A stretch of DNA of 64,000 nucleotides, from contig JBKHGE010000004.1 in assembly GCA_046539845.1 (NCBI GenBank), positions 1 through 64,000 of the forward strand, written 5' to 3'. Of this stretch, positions 38,637-49,630 are shown piece by piece. The DNA is from Desulfonatronovibrionaceae bacterium. Its GTDB lineage: Bacteria; Desulfobacterota; Desulfovibrionia; Desulfovibrionales; Desulfonatronovibrionaceae. How positions within the stretch are numbered: the first letter of the stretch is position 1; every line of letters begins with the position of its first letter. The position numbers were made by a program, and so were the translations under genes. The notes under the pieces were generated by a model. It was not told the DNA's origin and did no database searches. It saw only the letters and a program-made list of their open reading frames with translations.

Positions 38637-38750
38637 CTATCCTTGTCTCTGTTTGTGCCGCGGATTGCTACAGATAACCCGCAAGATGCCATGCCTGCGA
38701 ATTACCTTACATCTCGGGCACATCTTTTTAACGGATGGTCTAACTTTCAT
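38637..38750 (-). CDS. rpmJ: 50S ribosomal protein L36 (Zn-ribbon type)
   Basis: Manual translation [37 protein letters not shown]; too short for the ORF track. Confidence 0.97.
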   Translation of the reverse strand: MKVRPSVKKMCPRCKVIRRHGILRVICSNPRHKQRQG

Positions 38751-38765
38751 ATTCTCCCCCAAAAG

Positions 38766-39530
38766 CTACAGCTTACTCAGGATCCGGGGACCCTGATTGG
38801 TAATGGCTATGGTATGTTCAAAATGGGCGGACAGGCTGCCGTCTTTGGTCACTGCAGTCCAACCGTCGTCCAAAATCTTTACCTCATCTGTGCCCTCAGC
38901 CAACATGGGCTCGATTGCCAGAGCCATGCCGGGCTTAAGCGGGGTCCTGTTCGCCCGCCTGGGGACAAAATTGGGAATTTCCGGACGTTCATGGAGTTTT
39001 GCCCCGATCCCGTGTCCGACAAAACGCTTTATAATCTGATAACCGTACTTTTTGGCCTCTGTTTCCACCGCCCGGGATATATCGTAGAGATCGTTTCCCG
39101 GGATGGCCTGTTCAATTCCCTTTTCAAGCGCATTTTGTGTCGCCTCCATCAGCCGGCTGGCGTTCTCCGTGACCTTGCCCACGGCAAACGTCCGGGCGGC
39201 ATCCCCGTGAAAGCCCTTATAAACAGTGCCCATATCAAAACTGACGATATCCCCGTCTTTGAGCTCTCGGTCCGTGGGAAAGCCGTGGACAATCTCCTCG
39301 TTCACTGAACAACATATGGAATACGGAAACCCGCAATATCCACGAAAAGCCGGCTTCACCTTGTACTTGTCGCAGACTTCATTGGCAAGTCTTTCTATCT
39401 CACTGGCCAAAATTCCAGGCGTCAACTTCACCTCTATGGCTTCCAATATCTCGGCTACAATGCGATTGGCCTCCCTCAGGAGGCCAATTTCGTGTTCGTT
39501 CTTGATAAAAATTCCGCGGAACTTCTTCAA
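38766..39530 (-). CDS. map: methionine aminopeptidase type I
   Basis: SVNEEIVHG, GD.ART, VGHGIG..LHE, AIEPM, SAHFEHT. Confidence 0.98.
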   Translation of the reverse strand: MKKFRGIFIKNEHEIGLLREANRIVAEILEAIEVKLTPGILASEIERLANEVCDKYKVKPAFRGYCGFPYSICCSVNEEIVHGFPTDRELKDGDIVSFDMGTVYKGFHGDAARTFAVGKVTENASRLMEATQNALEKGIEQAIPGNDLYDISRAVETEAKKYGYQIIKRFVGHGIGAKLHERPEIPNFVPRRANRTPLKPGMALAIEPMLAEGTDEVKILDDGWTAVTKDGSLSAHFEHTIAITNQGPRILSKL

Positions 39531-39534
39531 TTGC

Positions 39535-40839
39535 TCAGCGCCTTCCCTTGAGCCGATTCTTGGTCATAAGTCCCTCATACTGCCTGGAAATGAGATGGGA
39601 CTGGATCTGATTCATGGTGTCCATAGCCACGCCGACAACAATCAAAAGTGCGGTCCCGCCGTAGTAAAACGGCACATTGAACTGTTGAATCAGAAACATA
39701 GGGAGAACACAAACAATAGAAACATATATGGCGCCCCAGAAGGTAAGCCTGGACAATACTTTGTCAATATATTCTTTGGTCTTGGCACCCGGGCGAATGC
39801 CGGGAATAAATCCGCCCTGCTTCTTGAGGTTGTCCGCTATGTCTTTGGGGTCAAATATGATCGCAGTGTAAAAATAGCAGAAAAAGACGATCAAACCCAC
39901 AAAAATGACATTGTACAGCAGAGAGCCGGGTTCAATGTACGTAGAGAGATTATTCAGCCAATCCACATTGGAAAAATTGGCTATAGTCGCCGGGAACATG
40001 AGTATCGAGGAAGCAAAAATCGGCGGTATGACCCCGGCGGTGTTCAGCCTAAGAGGGAGATGGCTGGACTGCCCGCCGTACATTTTGCGCCCCACCATAC
40101 GTTTGGCGTGGTGGATGGGGATCCTGCGCTGCGCACGCTCGACAAAGACTATTCCCAAAAGCACTGCCAACAAAATTATAAGAATGAACAAGGACAAAAA
40201 GAGGGTTATCTCGCCCGCGGAAAGCAGCCGAAAACTTTTGCCTATGGCCGAGGGAAGTCCGGCCACTATCCCGGCAAAGATTATAAGCGAAATCCCGTTG
40301 GAGATGCCGAATTCAGTAATCTGTTCCCCCAGCCACATGAGAAAAATAGTTCCGGCGGTCAGGGTGAAAACCGTGATGATCCGGAAAGCCCACCCCGGAT
40401 CCATGACCACAGGAGCGCCCGTGGGGCTGGTCATGCTCTCCAGACCGATGGAGATGCCTATGCCCTGAACCAAGGTGATCAAAACAGTACCATACCTAGT
40501 ATACTGGGTGATCTTTTGTTTGCCGGCCTGCCCCTCTTCCTTTTTCAGTCTGGCCAGCTCCGGGCTGACCACTGTCAAAAGCTGGATAATAATGGAGGCG
40601 GAGATGTACGGCATGATCCCCAAAGCGAAAATGGACAGCTTGGTCAGCCCACCGCCGGAAAACATGTCAAAGAGTCCGAACAGGGTGTTCTGGGCATTGC
40701 TGAAAAAATCAGCCATAGCCTGACCGTCTATCCCGGGAATGGGAATATGTATGCCGACCCGGTATATTGCCAGGAACAAAAGGGTGAAAAGAATCCGCCT
40801 TTTAAGTTCCGACAGACCGGTATTCGCTCCTGCTGCCAA
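39535..40839 (-). CDS. secY: preprotein translocase SecY
   Basis: SIFALGIMPYISASII, AGVIPPIFASS, IPGIRPG. Confidence 0.99.
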   Translation of the reverse strand: MAAGANTGLSELKRRILFTLLFLAIYRVGIHIPIPGIDGQAMADFFSNAQNTLFGLFDMFSGGGLTKLSIFALGIMPYISASIIIQLLTVVSPELARLKKEEGQAGKQKITQYTRYGTVLITLVQGIGISIGLESMTSPTGAPVVMDPGWAFRIITVFTLTAGTIFLMWLGEQITEFGISNGISLIIFAGIVAGLPSAIGKSFRLLSAGEITLFLSLFILIILLAVLLGIVFVERAQRRIPIHHAKRMVGRKMYGGQSSHLPLRLNTAGVIPPIFASSILMFPATIANFSNVDWLNNLSTYIEPGSLLYNVIFVGLIVFFCYFYTAIIFDPKDIADNLKKQGGFIPGIRPGAKTKEYIDKVLSRLTFWGAIYVSIVCVLPMFLIQQFNVPFYYGGTALLIVVGVAMDTMNQIQSHLISRQYEGLMTKNRLKGRR

Positions 40840-40841
40840 GA

Positions 40842-41288
40842 TTAACCTTCCACTTGTTTCGGAGTTCCGCCGGCGTCAGAGATCTTTTGCGCCGCTGTCT
40901 TGCTGAACCTGTGGGCAGTGATTTCAATCCCCTTATCCAACTCGCCCTGACCGAGTATCTTTACTGACTCGCTGGGCTTAGCCAGTTTGCGGGTATAAAA
41001 ATCCTCAAGCCCAATCCGGGTCTTGTTCGGGAAAAGGTTGCTAATCTGTTCCAAATTGAAAATCTTATATTGGACCCGAAACCTGTTCTTGAAACCCCGC
41101 TTAGGAATCCGGCGCTGCAGAGGCATTTGTCCACCCTCAAACCACGGCTGGACTCCGCCGCCTGCACGCGCGTTTTGGCCCTTGTTCCCCTTCCCGGCAG
41201 TGCAGCCCCGGCCGGTTGCCGAGCCGCGCCCCAGGCGCTTCTTGTCTTTTCTTTCCACCTCAAACGGGTATAGCTCGTGTAACTGCAT
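40842..41288 (-). CDS. rplO: 50S ribosomal protein L15
   Basis: KRLGRG, GNKGQNAR, FEGGQMPL.RR.PKRGF. Confidence 0.98.
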   Translation of the reverse strand: MQLHELYPFEVERKDKKRLGRGSATGRGCTAGKGNKGQNARAGGGVQPWFEGGQMPLQRRIPKRGFKNRFRVQYKIFNLEQISNLFPNKTRIGLEDFYTRKLAKPSESVKILGQGELDKGIEITAHRFSKTAAQKISDAGGTPKQVEG

Positions 41289-41455
41289 TAGCTGCTCACC
41301 TCTACAAAATGCTTTACCTTGTTCACCATTCCCTGAACACAGGGATTGTCTGGGAGCTCCCGGACTTGGTTTATCTTTTTCACTCCCAGCGCGCGAAGGG
41401 TCTTTTTCTGGGCCGGATTCAGCCCGATGAAACTGCGCACAAGCCTGATCTTCAT
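41288..41455 (-). CDS. rpmD: 50S ribosomal protein L30
   Basis: Manual translation MKIRLVRSFIGLNPAQKKTLRALGVKKINQVRELPDNPCVQGMVNKVKHFVEVSS*. Confidence 0.95.
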   Translation of the reverse strand: MKIRLVRSFIGLNPAQKKTLRALGVKKINQVRELPDNPCVQGMVNKVKHFVEVSS

Positions 41456-41469
41456 GCCTTTATACCTCG

Positions 41470-41967
41470 CTAGTTATACCCGTGGGCGTATGCGATTTCC
41501 TTTCCCCGGAGGCGGGAGGCCTCATCAGAACTAATTATGCTCTGCAGCCCCTGCATGGTGGCCTTAAGTACGTTATGCGGTGTATTGGTCCGGATTGTCT
41601 TGGTCAAAATGTCATTGACTCCAGCCGCTTCCATGACCGCACGCACAGGACCACCGGCGATTATCCCGGTGCCTGGAGCGGCCGGTTTGAGCAGGACGGT
41701 ACCGGCCCCAAATCTTCCGGTCACCTGGTAAGGTATAGTCGATCCTTGCAAAGTGATGCTGACCATATCCTTCTTTGCCCTTTCCGTGGCCTTGCGTATG
41801 GCTTCCGGAACCTGATTGGCCTTGCCCATGCCGTAACCCACAGTTCCCTTTCCGTCTCCTACCACCACCAGGGCACTGAAGCCGAATCTGCGCCCGCCTT
41901 TGACAACTTTGGCCACCCGGTTCAAATGCACTATCTTTTCAGTCAGCTCAAGCGGATTGTGTTCCAT
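41470..41967 (-). CDS. rpsE: 30S ribosomal protein S5
   Basis: [21 protein letters not shown]. Confidence 0.99.
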   Translation of the reverse strand: MEHNPLELTEKIVHLNRVAKVVKGGRRFGFSALVVVGDGKGTVGYGMGKANQVPEAIRKATERAKKDMVSITLQGSTIPYQVTGRFGAGTVLLKPAAPGTGIIAGGPVRAVMEAAGVNDILTKTIRTNTPHNVLKATMQGLQSIISSDEASRLRGKEIAYAHGYN

Positions 41968-41976
41968 GTCTACCTC

Positions 41977-42321
41977 TTAAAATTTTAGACCGGCTTCCCT
42001 GGCTCCGTCAGCAAGCGCCTTAACCCGGCCGTGGTAATAATACCCATTGCGATCGAATACCACGGAAGAAACCTCCTTTTCCTGCACGAGCCTAGCCACT
42101 TCCATACCCACCTTTTTGGCGTTCTCACAGGTGAGCTTGACCTCACCATCCAAACTGGCGCTGGAAAATGAAGTCAGAGTATGCCCGGTGGTGTCATCCA
42201 CCACCTGAGCGGATATATACCTGTTTGACCTGAAAACGACCAGTCTGGGGCAGTCCGGGGTGCCGGAGATCTTTTTCCTGATCCGAACCTTTCTCTTCAA
42301 GCGTTGATCTTTCTTATTCAT
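41977..42321 (-). CDS. rplR: 50S ribosomal protein L18
   Basis: PRLVVFRSN, FDRNGYYYHGRVKALA. Confidence 0.98.
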   Translation of the reverse strand: MNKKDQRLKRKVRIRKKISGTPDCPRLVVFRSNRYISAQVVDDTTGHTLTSFSSASLDGEVKLTCENAKKVGMEVARLVQEKEVSSVVFDRNGYYYHGRVKALADGAREAGLKF

Positions 42322-42340
42322 ATCTGTTCACCACACCAGC

Positions 42341-42877
42341 CTATTTTGAACCGGACTTGCCGGCCTTGCGCTTGACTTCCTCGTCTAGGTACTTAATTCC
42401 CTTGCCCTTGTACGGTTCAGGGGCGCGGACACGGCGTATCTTGGCCGCTGTCTCACCCACCACCTGTTTGTCGACCCCGGACAGAGTGAGCTTATTGCCT
42501 TCGGCAGAAGCCTCCACTCCCTGGGGAAGTTTGAAGTTCACCGGATGAGAATAACCCACGTTCAACTCGACGGTATCCCCTTTGACCGCAACCTTGTAAC
42601 CAACTCCAACCACCTCCAGTGTCCTGGAAAATCCGGTATTCACTCCCTGGACCGCATTATTCAAAAGGGTGCGGCGCAGGCCGTACTGCTCGCGTGCGGT
42701 TATACTGTTGTCCACCGGGACCACTTTAACTGTGTTCTCCTCACGGACAAAATTAATGCTCGGATGACCGGGGACAGTAAGGCTCCCCTTGGGGCCGTTG
42801 ACGTCCACGCTGGACTCCGAGATATTCACCTCGACTTTGTCCGGAATCTGAACAGGAAGCTTACCTATCCTCGACAT
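42341..42877 (-). CDS. rplF: 50S ribosomal protein L6
   Basis: MSRIGK, PEPYKGKGI. Confidence 0.99.
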   Translation of the reverse strand: MSRIGKLPVQIPDKVEVNISESSVDVNGPKGSLTVPGHPSINFVREENTVKVVPVDNSITAREQYGLRRTLLNNAVQGVNTGFSRTLEVVGVGYKVAVKGDTVELNVGYSHPVNFKLPQGVEASAEGNKLTLSGVDKQVVGETAAKIRRVRAPEPYKGKGIKYLDEEVKRKAGKSGSK

Positions 42878-42886
42878 GTTATACCT

Positions 42887-43270
42887 CTACCATATTTCAC
42901 AGATTAGCTCGCCGCCGACTGATTCGCTCTTAGCCTGTTTGCCTTCAAGTATCCCGTGCGATGTGGAAAGAATGCAGACTCCCAGGCCGTTATTCACGTC
43001 CGGAATTTCCCCGAGCTTGACGTATTTGCGCCTGGAACCCTTGCTGACCTTGGTCAGTCCGTTAATAGCCGGTTGGCCTTTCAGGTATTTGAGCCTGACT
43101 TGTAAACTCTTTCCATCTGTCTGATAATCTTCTATGAAGCCTTCCTGCTTCAAAATTTCGGCTACAGCTGCCTTTATCTTGCTATGCGGTATACTGACCC
43201 TGGAATGCAGTGCCTGTTGGCCGTTGCGAATTCTGGTCAGCATATCAGCGATTGGATCTAAAACCGGCAT
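42887..43270 (-). CDS. rpsH: 30S ribosomal protein S8
   Basis: [21 protein letters not shown]; start ATG 43270. Confidence 0.98.
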   Translation of the reverse strand: MPVLDPIADMLTRIRNGQQALHSRVSIPHSKIKAAVAEILKQEGFIEDYQTDGKSLQVRLKYLKGQPAINGLTKVSKGSRRKYVKLGEIPDVNNGLGVCILSTSHGILEGKQAKSESVGGELICEIW

Positions 43271-43286
43271 TTCATTCTCCTGAATA

Positions 43287-43472
43287 TTACCAACTTGATT
43301 TACGTACGCCAGGTAGTTCTCCACGAAGCGCTTTGTTACGGAAGCACACTCGACAGACGCCGAATCTGCGGATAAAAGCGCGGGGCCGGCCACATATGGG
43401 ACAACGATTATAGCCTCGTGCCGAAAACTTCGGTTTTCTCTTGGACTTGGCCATCAACGACTTTCTAGTCAA
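43287..43472 (-). CDS. rpsN: 30S ribosomal protein S14 type Z
   Basis: 61 aa with [21 protein letters not shown]. Confidence 0.97.
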   Translation of the reverse strand: MTRKSLMAKSKRKPKFSARGYNRCPICGRPRAFIRRFGVCRVCFRNKALRGELPGVRKSSW

Positions 43473-43484
43473 AACTCTTCCTCC

Positions 43485-44024
43485 TTACTTCTTAAAAGGC
43501 ATGCCCAAGAGCTCAAGCAGGGTCTTGCCTTCCTTGTCCGTGGCTGCAGAGGTCACAATTGTCACGTTCATGCCTTTTGCCTGATCAACCTTATCCAGAT
43601 TGATCTCCGGAAATATGGTGTGATCCTTTATGCCCATGGTAAAATTACCCCGTCCGTCAAAGCCCCGGTCCGGAAGGCCGCGAAAGTCGCGTACCCGGGG
43701 GAGGGCGATGTTGATCAGCTTATCCAAGAAGGCCCATTTGCGGGTACGACGGAGAGTAACCCGGCACCCGACAGGCATGCCCTCTCTGAGTTTGAACGCA
43801 GAAATAGATTTTTTGGCTCGAGTGATTACCGGTTTCTGGCCGGCGATCAAAGATAACTCCTCAACCGCATCCTGAATGAGCTTATTGTTCTGGCTGCCCT
43901 CACCCAGGCCCATATTCAAAACCACCTTTTCCAGGCGCGGAATCTGCATGGGCGAAGAATAGCTGAATTCCTCGCGCAATTTGGGAGCGATATTTTCCGT
44001 GTATGCCTTTTGAAGTCGAATCAT
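43485..44024 (-). CDS. rplE: 50S ribosomal protein L5
   Basis: [21 protein letters not shown]. Confidence 0.99.
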   Translation of the reverse strand: MIRLQKAYTENIAPKLREEFSYSSPMQIPRLEKVVLNMGLGEGSQNNKLIQDAVEELSLIAGQKPVITRAKKSISAFKLREGMPVGCRVTLRRTRKWAFLDKLINIALPRVRDFRGLPDRGFDGRGNFTMGIKDHTIFPEINLDKVDQAKGMNVTIVTSAATDKEGKTLLELLGMPFKK

Positions 44025-44033
44025 GGCCCCGTC

Positions 44034-44354
44034 CTATTTTATGGTCTCATTGCATTTTTTGCAGTATCTTACTTTGTCCCCGTCACTGGTAGACCTGAAT
44101 CCCACTTTCGTCCTCTCCGAACAGGAATCACAGACCAGGGCGACATTGGAAATATTCACCGGAGCTTCCTTTTCCACTATCCCGCCCTGTTCGTTTTTGT
44201 ACGGGTTGGGCTTGACGTGCCTCTTTACCATGTTCACGCCTTCAATCAGGACTTGGCCTTCGCTCTTGTAGACCTTCTTGACCTTGCCCACCTTGTCTTT
44301 GTCCTTGCCCTGCAGGACGTGCACACTGTCGTTTTGTTTGATTTTCAGACCCAT
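44034..44354 (-). CDS. rplX: 50S ribosomal protein L24
   Basis: GKDK.KVG, EGVNMVKRH.KP, EAP...SNV. Confidence 0.98.
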   Translation of the reverse strand: MGLKIKQNDSVHVLQGKDKDKVGKVKKVYKSEGQVLIEGVNMVKRHVKPNPYKNEQGGIVEKEAPVNISNVALVCDSCSERTKVGFRSTSDGDKVRYCKKCNETIK

Positions 44355-44355
44355 T

Positions 44356-44724
44356 TTAAAGCACCTCTGGAGCAAGAGAGACGATTTTCATATAGTTTTT
44401 ACCCCGCAGCTCCCTGGCCACCGGTCCGAATATACGTGTACCTATGGGCTCATTGCTCTTATTCAAAAGCACGGCCGAGTTGTTATCGAACCGGATCAAA
44501 GTCCCGTCTGGCCGGTTGATTTCCTTTTTGGTCCGCACGATAACCGCACGGTAAACGTCGCCTTTTTTGACCTTGGCGTTGGGCATGGCATCCTTTACTG
44601 TAACCACGACCAGATCTCCGATGGAGGCATATCTTCTTTTGCTCCCGCCAAGGACCTTGACGCAGGCGACCTTCTTGGCCCCGGAGTTGTCCGCGACACT
44701 AAGCCTGGATTCTACCTGTATCAT
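44356..44724 (-). CDS. rplN: 50S ribosomal protein L14
   Basis: [15 protein letters not shown]. Confidence 0.99.
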   Translation of the reverse strand: MIQVESRLSVADNSGAKKVACVKVLGGSKRRYASIGDLVVVTVKDAMPNAKVKKGDVYRAVIVRTKKEINRPDGTLIRFDNNSAVLLNKSNEPIGTRIFGPVARELRGKNYMKIVSLAPEVL

Positions 44725-44734
44725 TGTAAGCCAC

Positions 44735-45004
44735 CTATACAGCCTTTTCTATGATTTTGGTCAAATGCCATCTCTTTCTGGAACTCAATGGCCGATGTTC
44801 AGTGATCCGAACCTTGTCGCCGATTTTGCATTCGTTCTCCGGGTCATGGGCCATAAATTTCTTACGCCGGCGGATATATTTCTTCAGTAAGGGATGCTTA
44901 ACCAAAGTTTCCACCCGAACAACAATGGTCTTGTCGTTCTTGTCACTGACCACAAAGCCGACCAGGTTCCGTTTTCTCTTTATAAATTCCGGTGTGGTGC
45001 TCAT
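44735..45004 (-). CDS. rpsQ: 30S ribosomal protein S17
   Basis: [21 protein letters not shown]. Confidence 0.98.
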   Translation of the reverse strand: MSTTPEFIKRKRNLVGFVVSDKNDKTIVVRVETLVKHPLLKKYIRRRKKFMAHDPENECKIGDKVRITEHRPLSSRKRWHLTKIIEKAV

Positions 45005-45005
45005 C

Positions 45006-45200
45006 TTATGACTCCATTTCCTTTTCCCTGAGAACCGTCAGTATCCTGGCAACGTTCTTCTTCACTGCTGAAATCCGCTGCGTGTTTTCCAACTGCGCGG
45101 TGGCATGCTGAAAACGGAGATTAAAAAGTTCCTGTCTGTAGTCAGCCAGTTTGTCCTGCAGTTTTTCCATACTCTCTTTTCTCAATTCCCCGGCCTTCAT
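45006..45200 (-). CDS. rpmC: 50S ribosomal protein L29
   Basis: ELFNLRFQ, ARILT. Confidence 0.97.
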   Translation of the reverse strand: MKAGELRKESMEKLQDKLADYRQELFNLRFQHATAQLENTQRISAVKKNVARILTVLREKEMES

Positions 45201-45201
45201 T

Positions 45202-45612
45202 TTAGGCCTCCCTTTCCACTATGACTGTTTTCACTGGCAGCTTGTACGAAGCACGCTTGAGGGCCTCGCGGGCCAATTCAAGATTTACCCCACGAATCTC
45301 ATACAAAATCCGACCCGGCTTTACCGGGGCGCACCAGCCCTCCGGAGCCCCTTTACCCTTGCCCTGACGGGTCTCGGCGGGCTTGGCGGTAATCGGTTTG
45401 TCCGGAAAAATGCGGATGAACACCTTTCCGCCACGCTTAATATGGCGCATCATGGCCACACGGCCGGACTCGATCTGTTTATTGGAGATCTTGCCGTGTT
45501 CCAAGGTCTTCAGTCCAATATCACCGAAGCTGACATGATTGCCGCGGTTGGCCTTGCCCTTGAGCTTTCCCTTCTGATGCTTGCGATGCTTGATTCTTTT
45601 CGGACTCAACAT
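45202..45612 (-). CDS. rplP: 50S ribosomal protein L16
   Basis: [20 protein letters not shown]. Confidence 0.99.
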   Translation of the reverse strand: MLSPKRIKHRKHQKGKLKGKANRGNHVSFGDIGLKTLEHGKISNKQIESGRVAMMRHIKRGGKVFIRIFPDKPITAKPAETRQGKGKGAPEGWCAPVKPGRILYEIRGVNLELAREALKRASYKLPVKTVIVEREA

Positions 45613-45614
45613 AT

Positions 45615-46250
45615 CTAGCTAACCTCATCGAGTATGTCGCCTTTATATACCCAGACCTTGACCCCGATAATTCCATAGGTGGTCCTGGCTTCGGCAAAAC
45701 CGTACTGAATGTCTGCGCGCAAAGTATGCAGGGGGACCCGTCCCTCTCTCTGCCATTCGGTGCGGGCAATTTCTGCTCCCCCCAAACGGCCGGCGCAGGA
45801 CACCTTTATGCCCTCGGCCCCGAACTTGCGGGCCAGTCCAATGCTTCTCTTGATTGCCCGCCGGAAGGCTACCCTTCTCTCCAGCTGCATGGCGATGTTC
45901 TCGGCTATGAGCTGGGCATCGATCTCCGGCCTGCGGATCTCGTTCACTTCTATAGCAAATTCGTGGCCGAATTTCTTTTTCAAATCCTGGCGCAGTTTTT
46001 CAATCTCTGCACCCTTCCTGCCGATAACAATGCCCGGTCTGGCAGTATAGACGATCAGCCTGATCTTGTCCGCCGCCCGCTCGATCTCAATCCTGGATAT
46101 TCCGGCGTGATATATCTTGGCCTTGACGTACTTGCGTATACTGTCGTCCTCAAAGACATTTGCCGCATAATTCTCCTGACTAAACCAGCGGGAATTCCAG
46201 TCCTTATTGTAGCCCAATCTGAATCCAAGGGGGTTTACTTTCTGACCCAA
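45615..46250 (-). CDS. rpsC: 30S ribosomal protein S3
   Basis: [23 protein letters not shown]. Confidence 0.99.
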   Translation of the reverse strand: MGQKVNPLGFRLGYNKDWNSRWFSQENYAANVFEDDSIRKYVKAKIYHAGISRIEIERAADKIRLIVYTARPGIVIGRKGAEIEKLRQDLKKKFGHEFAIEVNEIRRPEIDAQLIAENIAMQLERRVAFRRAIKRSIGLARKFGAEGIKVSCAGRLGGAEIARTEWQREGRVPLHTLRADIQYGFAEARTTYGIIGVKVWVYKGDILDEVS

Positions 46251-46263
46251 AACGCAAGTCCTC

Positions 46264-46596
46264 CTATAGCTCGTCCACTATAACTGTTATGTGACTGGTT
46301 CTTTTCAGAATCCTGGTCGCCCTGCCCATGGCCCGCGGCCTGATCCTCTTCCAGCTCGGGCCACCGTCTACCAGGACCTGCTTTACGTACAAGTCGTCCA
46401 GATCCAGGCTGTAGTTCTGTTCCGCATTGGCCATCGCAGAATTAAGGACTTTGGCGATCATGGAAGCCGCTTTTTTCGGAGTAAAATTCAATGTATTCAA
46501 GGCATCTTCCACAGATTTGCCCCTTATATTCCGGGCAACAAGCCTGGCCTTCTGCGGGGAAATTCTTTGATAATTGGCCTTGGCCTTAATTTCCAT
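46264..46596 (-). CDS. rplV: 50S ribosomal protein L22
   Basis: [23 protein letters not shown]. Confidence 0.99.
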   Translation of the reverse strand: MEIKAKANYQRISPQKARLVARNIRGKSVEDALNTLNFTPKKAASMIAKVLNSAMANAEQNYSLDLDDLYVKQVLVDGGPSWKRIRPRAMGRATRILKRTSHITVIVDEL

Positions 46597-46603
46597 CTCT
46601 TAC

Positions 46604-46891
46604 CTACCTCCTGCCTTTGCCCTGGGCTTTCTTATCGGCTGCATGGCCGTAATAGGTCCGGGTAGGGGCGAACTCTCCAAGCTTGTGCCCGACCATGTTC
46701 TCGGAAACAAACACAGGGATAAATTTTTTCCCATTATGCACGGCAAAGGTCATCCCCACCATTTCCGGGACAATGGTCGAACGCCTGGACCATGTCTTTA
46801 TTACCTTGCTGCTGTTGGCCTGGACCGCCCTGTCCACCTTGGCAAGGAGATGGTCGTCAACAAAAGGGCCCTTTTTAATGGATCTAGGCAT
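46604..46891 (-). CDS. rpsS: 30S ribosomal protein S19
   Basis: [25 protein letters not shown]. Confidence 0.99.
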   Translation of the reverse strand: MPRSIKKGPFVDDHLLAKVDRAVQANSSKVIKTWSRRSTIVPEMVGMTFAVHNGKKFIPVFVSENMVGHKLGEFAPTRTYYGHAADKKAQGKGRR

Positions 46892-46905
46892 ACTTATCTC
46901 CCACT

Positions 46906-47733
46906 CTACTTGTTGCGCCGCTTGACTATCAGTCTGTTGGTCTCTTTCTTTCTGTCCCTGGTCTTGTATCCATTGGTGGGCACACCCCAGGGGGTGACAG
47001 GATGCCTTCCGCCGGAGCTACGGCCCTCGCCACCGCCAAGCGGATGATCAATCGGATTCATGGCCACACCGCGAACCTTTGGGCGGCGGTTGAGCCAACG
47101 GTTACGGCCGGCCTTACCAATGCGGACATTCTCATGCTCCACATTGCCCACTTGTCCGATCGTGGCCCTGGCGGTCTTGAGTACCTTACGGGTCTCACCC
47201 GAGGGAAGACGCAAAAGGGCGTATTTACCTTCTTTAGCGGTCAGCTGGGCATAAGTCCCTGCAGATCTGGCCATCTTGGCCCCGCCTCCGGGGGCTAATT
47301 CGATATTATGGATTATGGTCCCCACCGGGATGCTGGACATGGGCAAAGAGTTGCCCGGCTTTATATCCACCTTTTCCCCGGACAGCACCTGATCGCCAAC
47401 GGACAGGCCGATCGGGGCCAGTATGTATCTCCTTTCTCCGTCTGCATAGGCCAAAAGAGCAATTCTGGCGCTTCGGTTCGGATCATACTCAATGGTCTTC
47501 ACCCGAGCCGGGACATCGAATTTGTTGCGCCGAAAATCAATAATCCGGTACTTCTGTTTTACTCCGCCCCCCCGTCTGCGGGAAGTTATCCGCCCGTATG
47601 AATTTCGGCCGGACTTTCTGGACATCCCGACAGTCAGAGACTTTTCCGGGCTCTCGGAAGTGATCTCATTAAAATCAGATACCGTCTGAAATCTCCGGCC
47701 CGGGGAAGTGGGCTTCAATTTTTTCACCGCCAT
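46906..47733 (-). CDS. rplB: 50S ribosomal protein L2
   Basis: [24 protein letters not shown]. Confidence 0.99.
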   Translation of the reverse strand: MAVKKLKPTSPGRRFQTVSDFNEITSESPEKSLTVGMSRKSGRNSYGRITSRRRGGGVKQKYRIIDFRRNKFDVPARVKTIEYDPNRSARIALLAYADGERRYILAPIGLSVGDQVLSGEKVDIKPGNSLPMSSIPVGTIIHNIELAPGGGAKMARSAGTYAQLTAKEGKYALLRLPSGETRKVLKTARATIGQVGNVEHENVRIGKAGRNRWLNRRPKVRGVAMNPIDHPLGGGEGRSSGGRHPVTPWGVPTNGYKTRDRKKETNRLIVKRRNK

Positions 47734-47736
47734 AGC

Positions 47737-48027
47737 TTAAACCCCTTCAAAGAATTCTATCTTGTCGCCCGGCGACAGAGTTACGTATGCCTTTTTATAC
47801 CCGGGCTGCTTGCCCACGGAACGCCCGAACTTTCTGCGTACACGGGGGCGGGAGCGGACCATATTCACGTTTTCCACGTCCACGTTGAACAGGTGTTCCA
47901 CCGCCTGCTTGACCAGGTACTTGTTCGCGTCCGGATGGACCCGGAAGGCGACCTTGCCGGAAGTTTCCTTCAGTTCAGTGGCCTTTTCCGTGATTATGGG
48001 CTTTATCAAAACCTGTGTTAATTCCAT
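47737..48027 (-). CDS. rplW: 50S ribosomal protein L23
   Basis: PIITEK, KKAYVTL. Confidence 0.98.
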   Translation of the reverse strand: MELTQVLIKPIITEKATELKETSGKVAFRVHPDANKYLVKQAVEHLFNVDVENVNMVRSRPRVRRKFGRSVGKQPGYKKAYVTLSPGDKIEFFEGV

Positions 48028-48029
48028 GG

Positions 48030-48647
48030 CTAGCTCAACCTGTCCTGGAGGCTGTTTACGGCCTCTTGTTCCATTATCAGTTCGCCGTGCTTCATTATCA
48101 GATACGGATTGACCCGGTCAGAGGTGACCACCTCAACCCCGGGTACATTCCTTGCCGAAAGCTCAAGGTTGTTATATTCTTTACTGATAACAATCAAGGG
48201 TTTTTTTGCTTCCAGGTTGTCCTTGATCTGCACGAACTTTTTGGTCTTGACCTCGTCAAGCTTGAACCCGTCCACCACTTTAAGGCTTCCGTCCGCAGCA
48301 CGTGCGGAAAGGGCCATCTTAAGGGCCAACCTGCGGACCTTTTTGTTCAGCTTAAACCCATGGTCTCTCTGCTTAGGGCCATGGGTAACCGCGCCTCCGG
48401 TCCATAAAGGTGAGCGGCTGGAGCCGACCCGAGCGCGTCCGGTGCCTTTCTGACGCCAGGGCTTACTGCCCCCGCCGCGGATCAGGCCCCGGGTCTTTAC
48501 TCCGACAGTTCCCTGCCGCGAAGCGGCCAAATGAGAACGTACGGCTTGGTGGAGGATCTCCGGTTTGACCCGGACGCTGAAGACCCGGTCCTCCAGGTCC
48601 ATCTCACCGACCTCGACATTATCTTGAGAATATACTTTGGTCTTCAT
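48030..48647 (-). CDS. rplD: 50S ribosomal protein L4
   Basis: KPWRQKGTGRAR.GS.RSP.W. Confidence 0.99.
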   Translation of the reverse strand: MKTKVYSQDNVEVGEMDLEDRVFSVRVKPEILHQAVRSHLAASRQGTVGVKTRGLIRGGGSKPWRQKGTGRARVGSSRSPLWTGGAVTHGPKQRDHGFKLNKKVRRLALKMALSARAADGSLKVVDGFKLDEVKTKKFVQIKDNLEAKKPLIVISKEYNNLELSARNVPGVEVVTSDRVNPYLIMKHGELIMEQEAVNSLQDRLS

Positions 48648-48657
48648 TTCCGCCTCG

Positions 48658-49290
48658 TTAGGATTGCTTGCGCAAATAGACTATGCCGTTCTTCGGTCCG
48701 GGGACCTGGCCCTTGACCAGGACCAGATTGTCTTCGGGGACAACATCCACTATTTCCGCTTTACTGTAGGTTACTTTGGCATTGCCCATACGGCCGGGCA
48801 TCTTTTTCCCTTTGAACACACGGGCCGGATCTGCGCATTGACCAATGGCCCCGGTGCTCCTGTGCACCTTCTCGTGGCCGTGGGTAGACGGTGAACCGCC
48901 AAAGCCCCATCTCTTCATGACTCCAGCAAAACCCTTGCCCTTGGAGTGGCCGGTGACCTTGATCTGATCCCCGGCTTTGAAAAGCTCCACTGTCAGGGTC
49001 TGTCCGGATTCGTATTCAGCCGGATCAGTCACGCGGAATTCGCGCAGGTGACGGAAATATCCGACTCCCTTGGACTTTAAATGACCCTGCTCCGGTTTGT
49101 TCAGCCGGTGCGGTTCAACCTCGTCATACCCGAGCTGCACGCTGCTGTAGCCGTGCTTGTCCTCGGTTGCCCGGGCAACAACCGGACACGGGCCGGCCTG
49201 AACCACTGTCACCGGAACAAATGTCCCGTCCTGGGCGAAGACGTTGGTCATCCCCAATTTTTTTCCAATCAAACCAATTCCGTTGGACAT
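48658..49290 (-). CDS. rplC: 50S ribosomal protein L3
   Basis: [26 protein letters not shown]. Confidence 0.99.
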   Translation of the reverse strand: MSNGIGLIGKKLGMTNVFAQDGTFVPVTVVQAGPCPVVARATEDKHGYSSVQLGYDEVEPHRLNKPEQGHLKSKGVGYFRHLREFRVTDPAEYESGQTLTVELFKAGDQIKVTGHSKGKGFAGVMKRWGFGGSPSTHGHEKVHRSTGAIGQCADPARVFKGKKMPGRMGNAKVTYSKAEIVDVVPEDNLVLVKGQVPGPKNGIVYLRKQS

Positions 49291-49301
49291 GATATCCTCA
49301 C

Positions 49302-49619
49302 CTATAGCTTTATTTCCACATCGACTCCGGCGGGCAAATTCAGCTTGCCCAGGGCGTCCACGGTCTGCTGGGTGGGTTCGAGCAAATCGAGCATGCGCTT
49401 GTGCACCCTAAGTTCAAACTGCTCCCTGGACTTCTTGTTCACGTGTACTGACTTGTTAACCGTGTACTTGCGAATACGCGTGGGCAGCGGTATGGGGCCG
49501 GCTATGCTGGCCCCGGTATTCTTGGCTGAATCCACTATCTCCGCCACGGCCTTGTCCAGCATGCGGTAGTCGTATGCCTTTAACTTTATCCTTATCCGAT
49601 CACTATTCATTGCAACCAT
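49302..49619 (-). CDS. rpsJ: 30S ribosomal protein S10
   Basis: [21 protein letters not shown]. Confidence 0.99.
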   Translation of the reverse strand: MVAMNSDRIRIKLKAYDYRMLDKAVAEIVDSAKNTGASIAGPIPLPTRIRKYTVNKSVHVNKKSREQFELRVHKRMLDLLEPTQQTVDALGKLNLPAGVDVEIKL

Positions 49620-49630
49620 AATCTGTATTC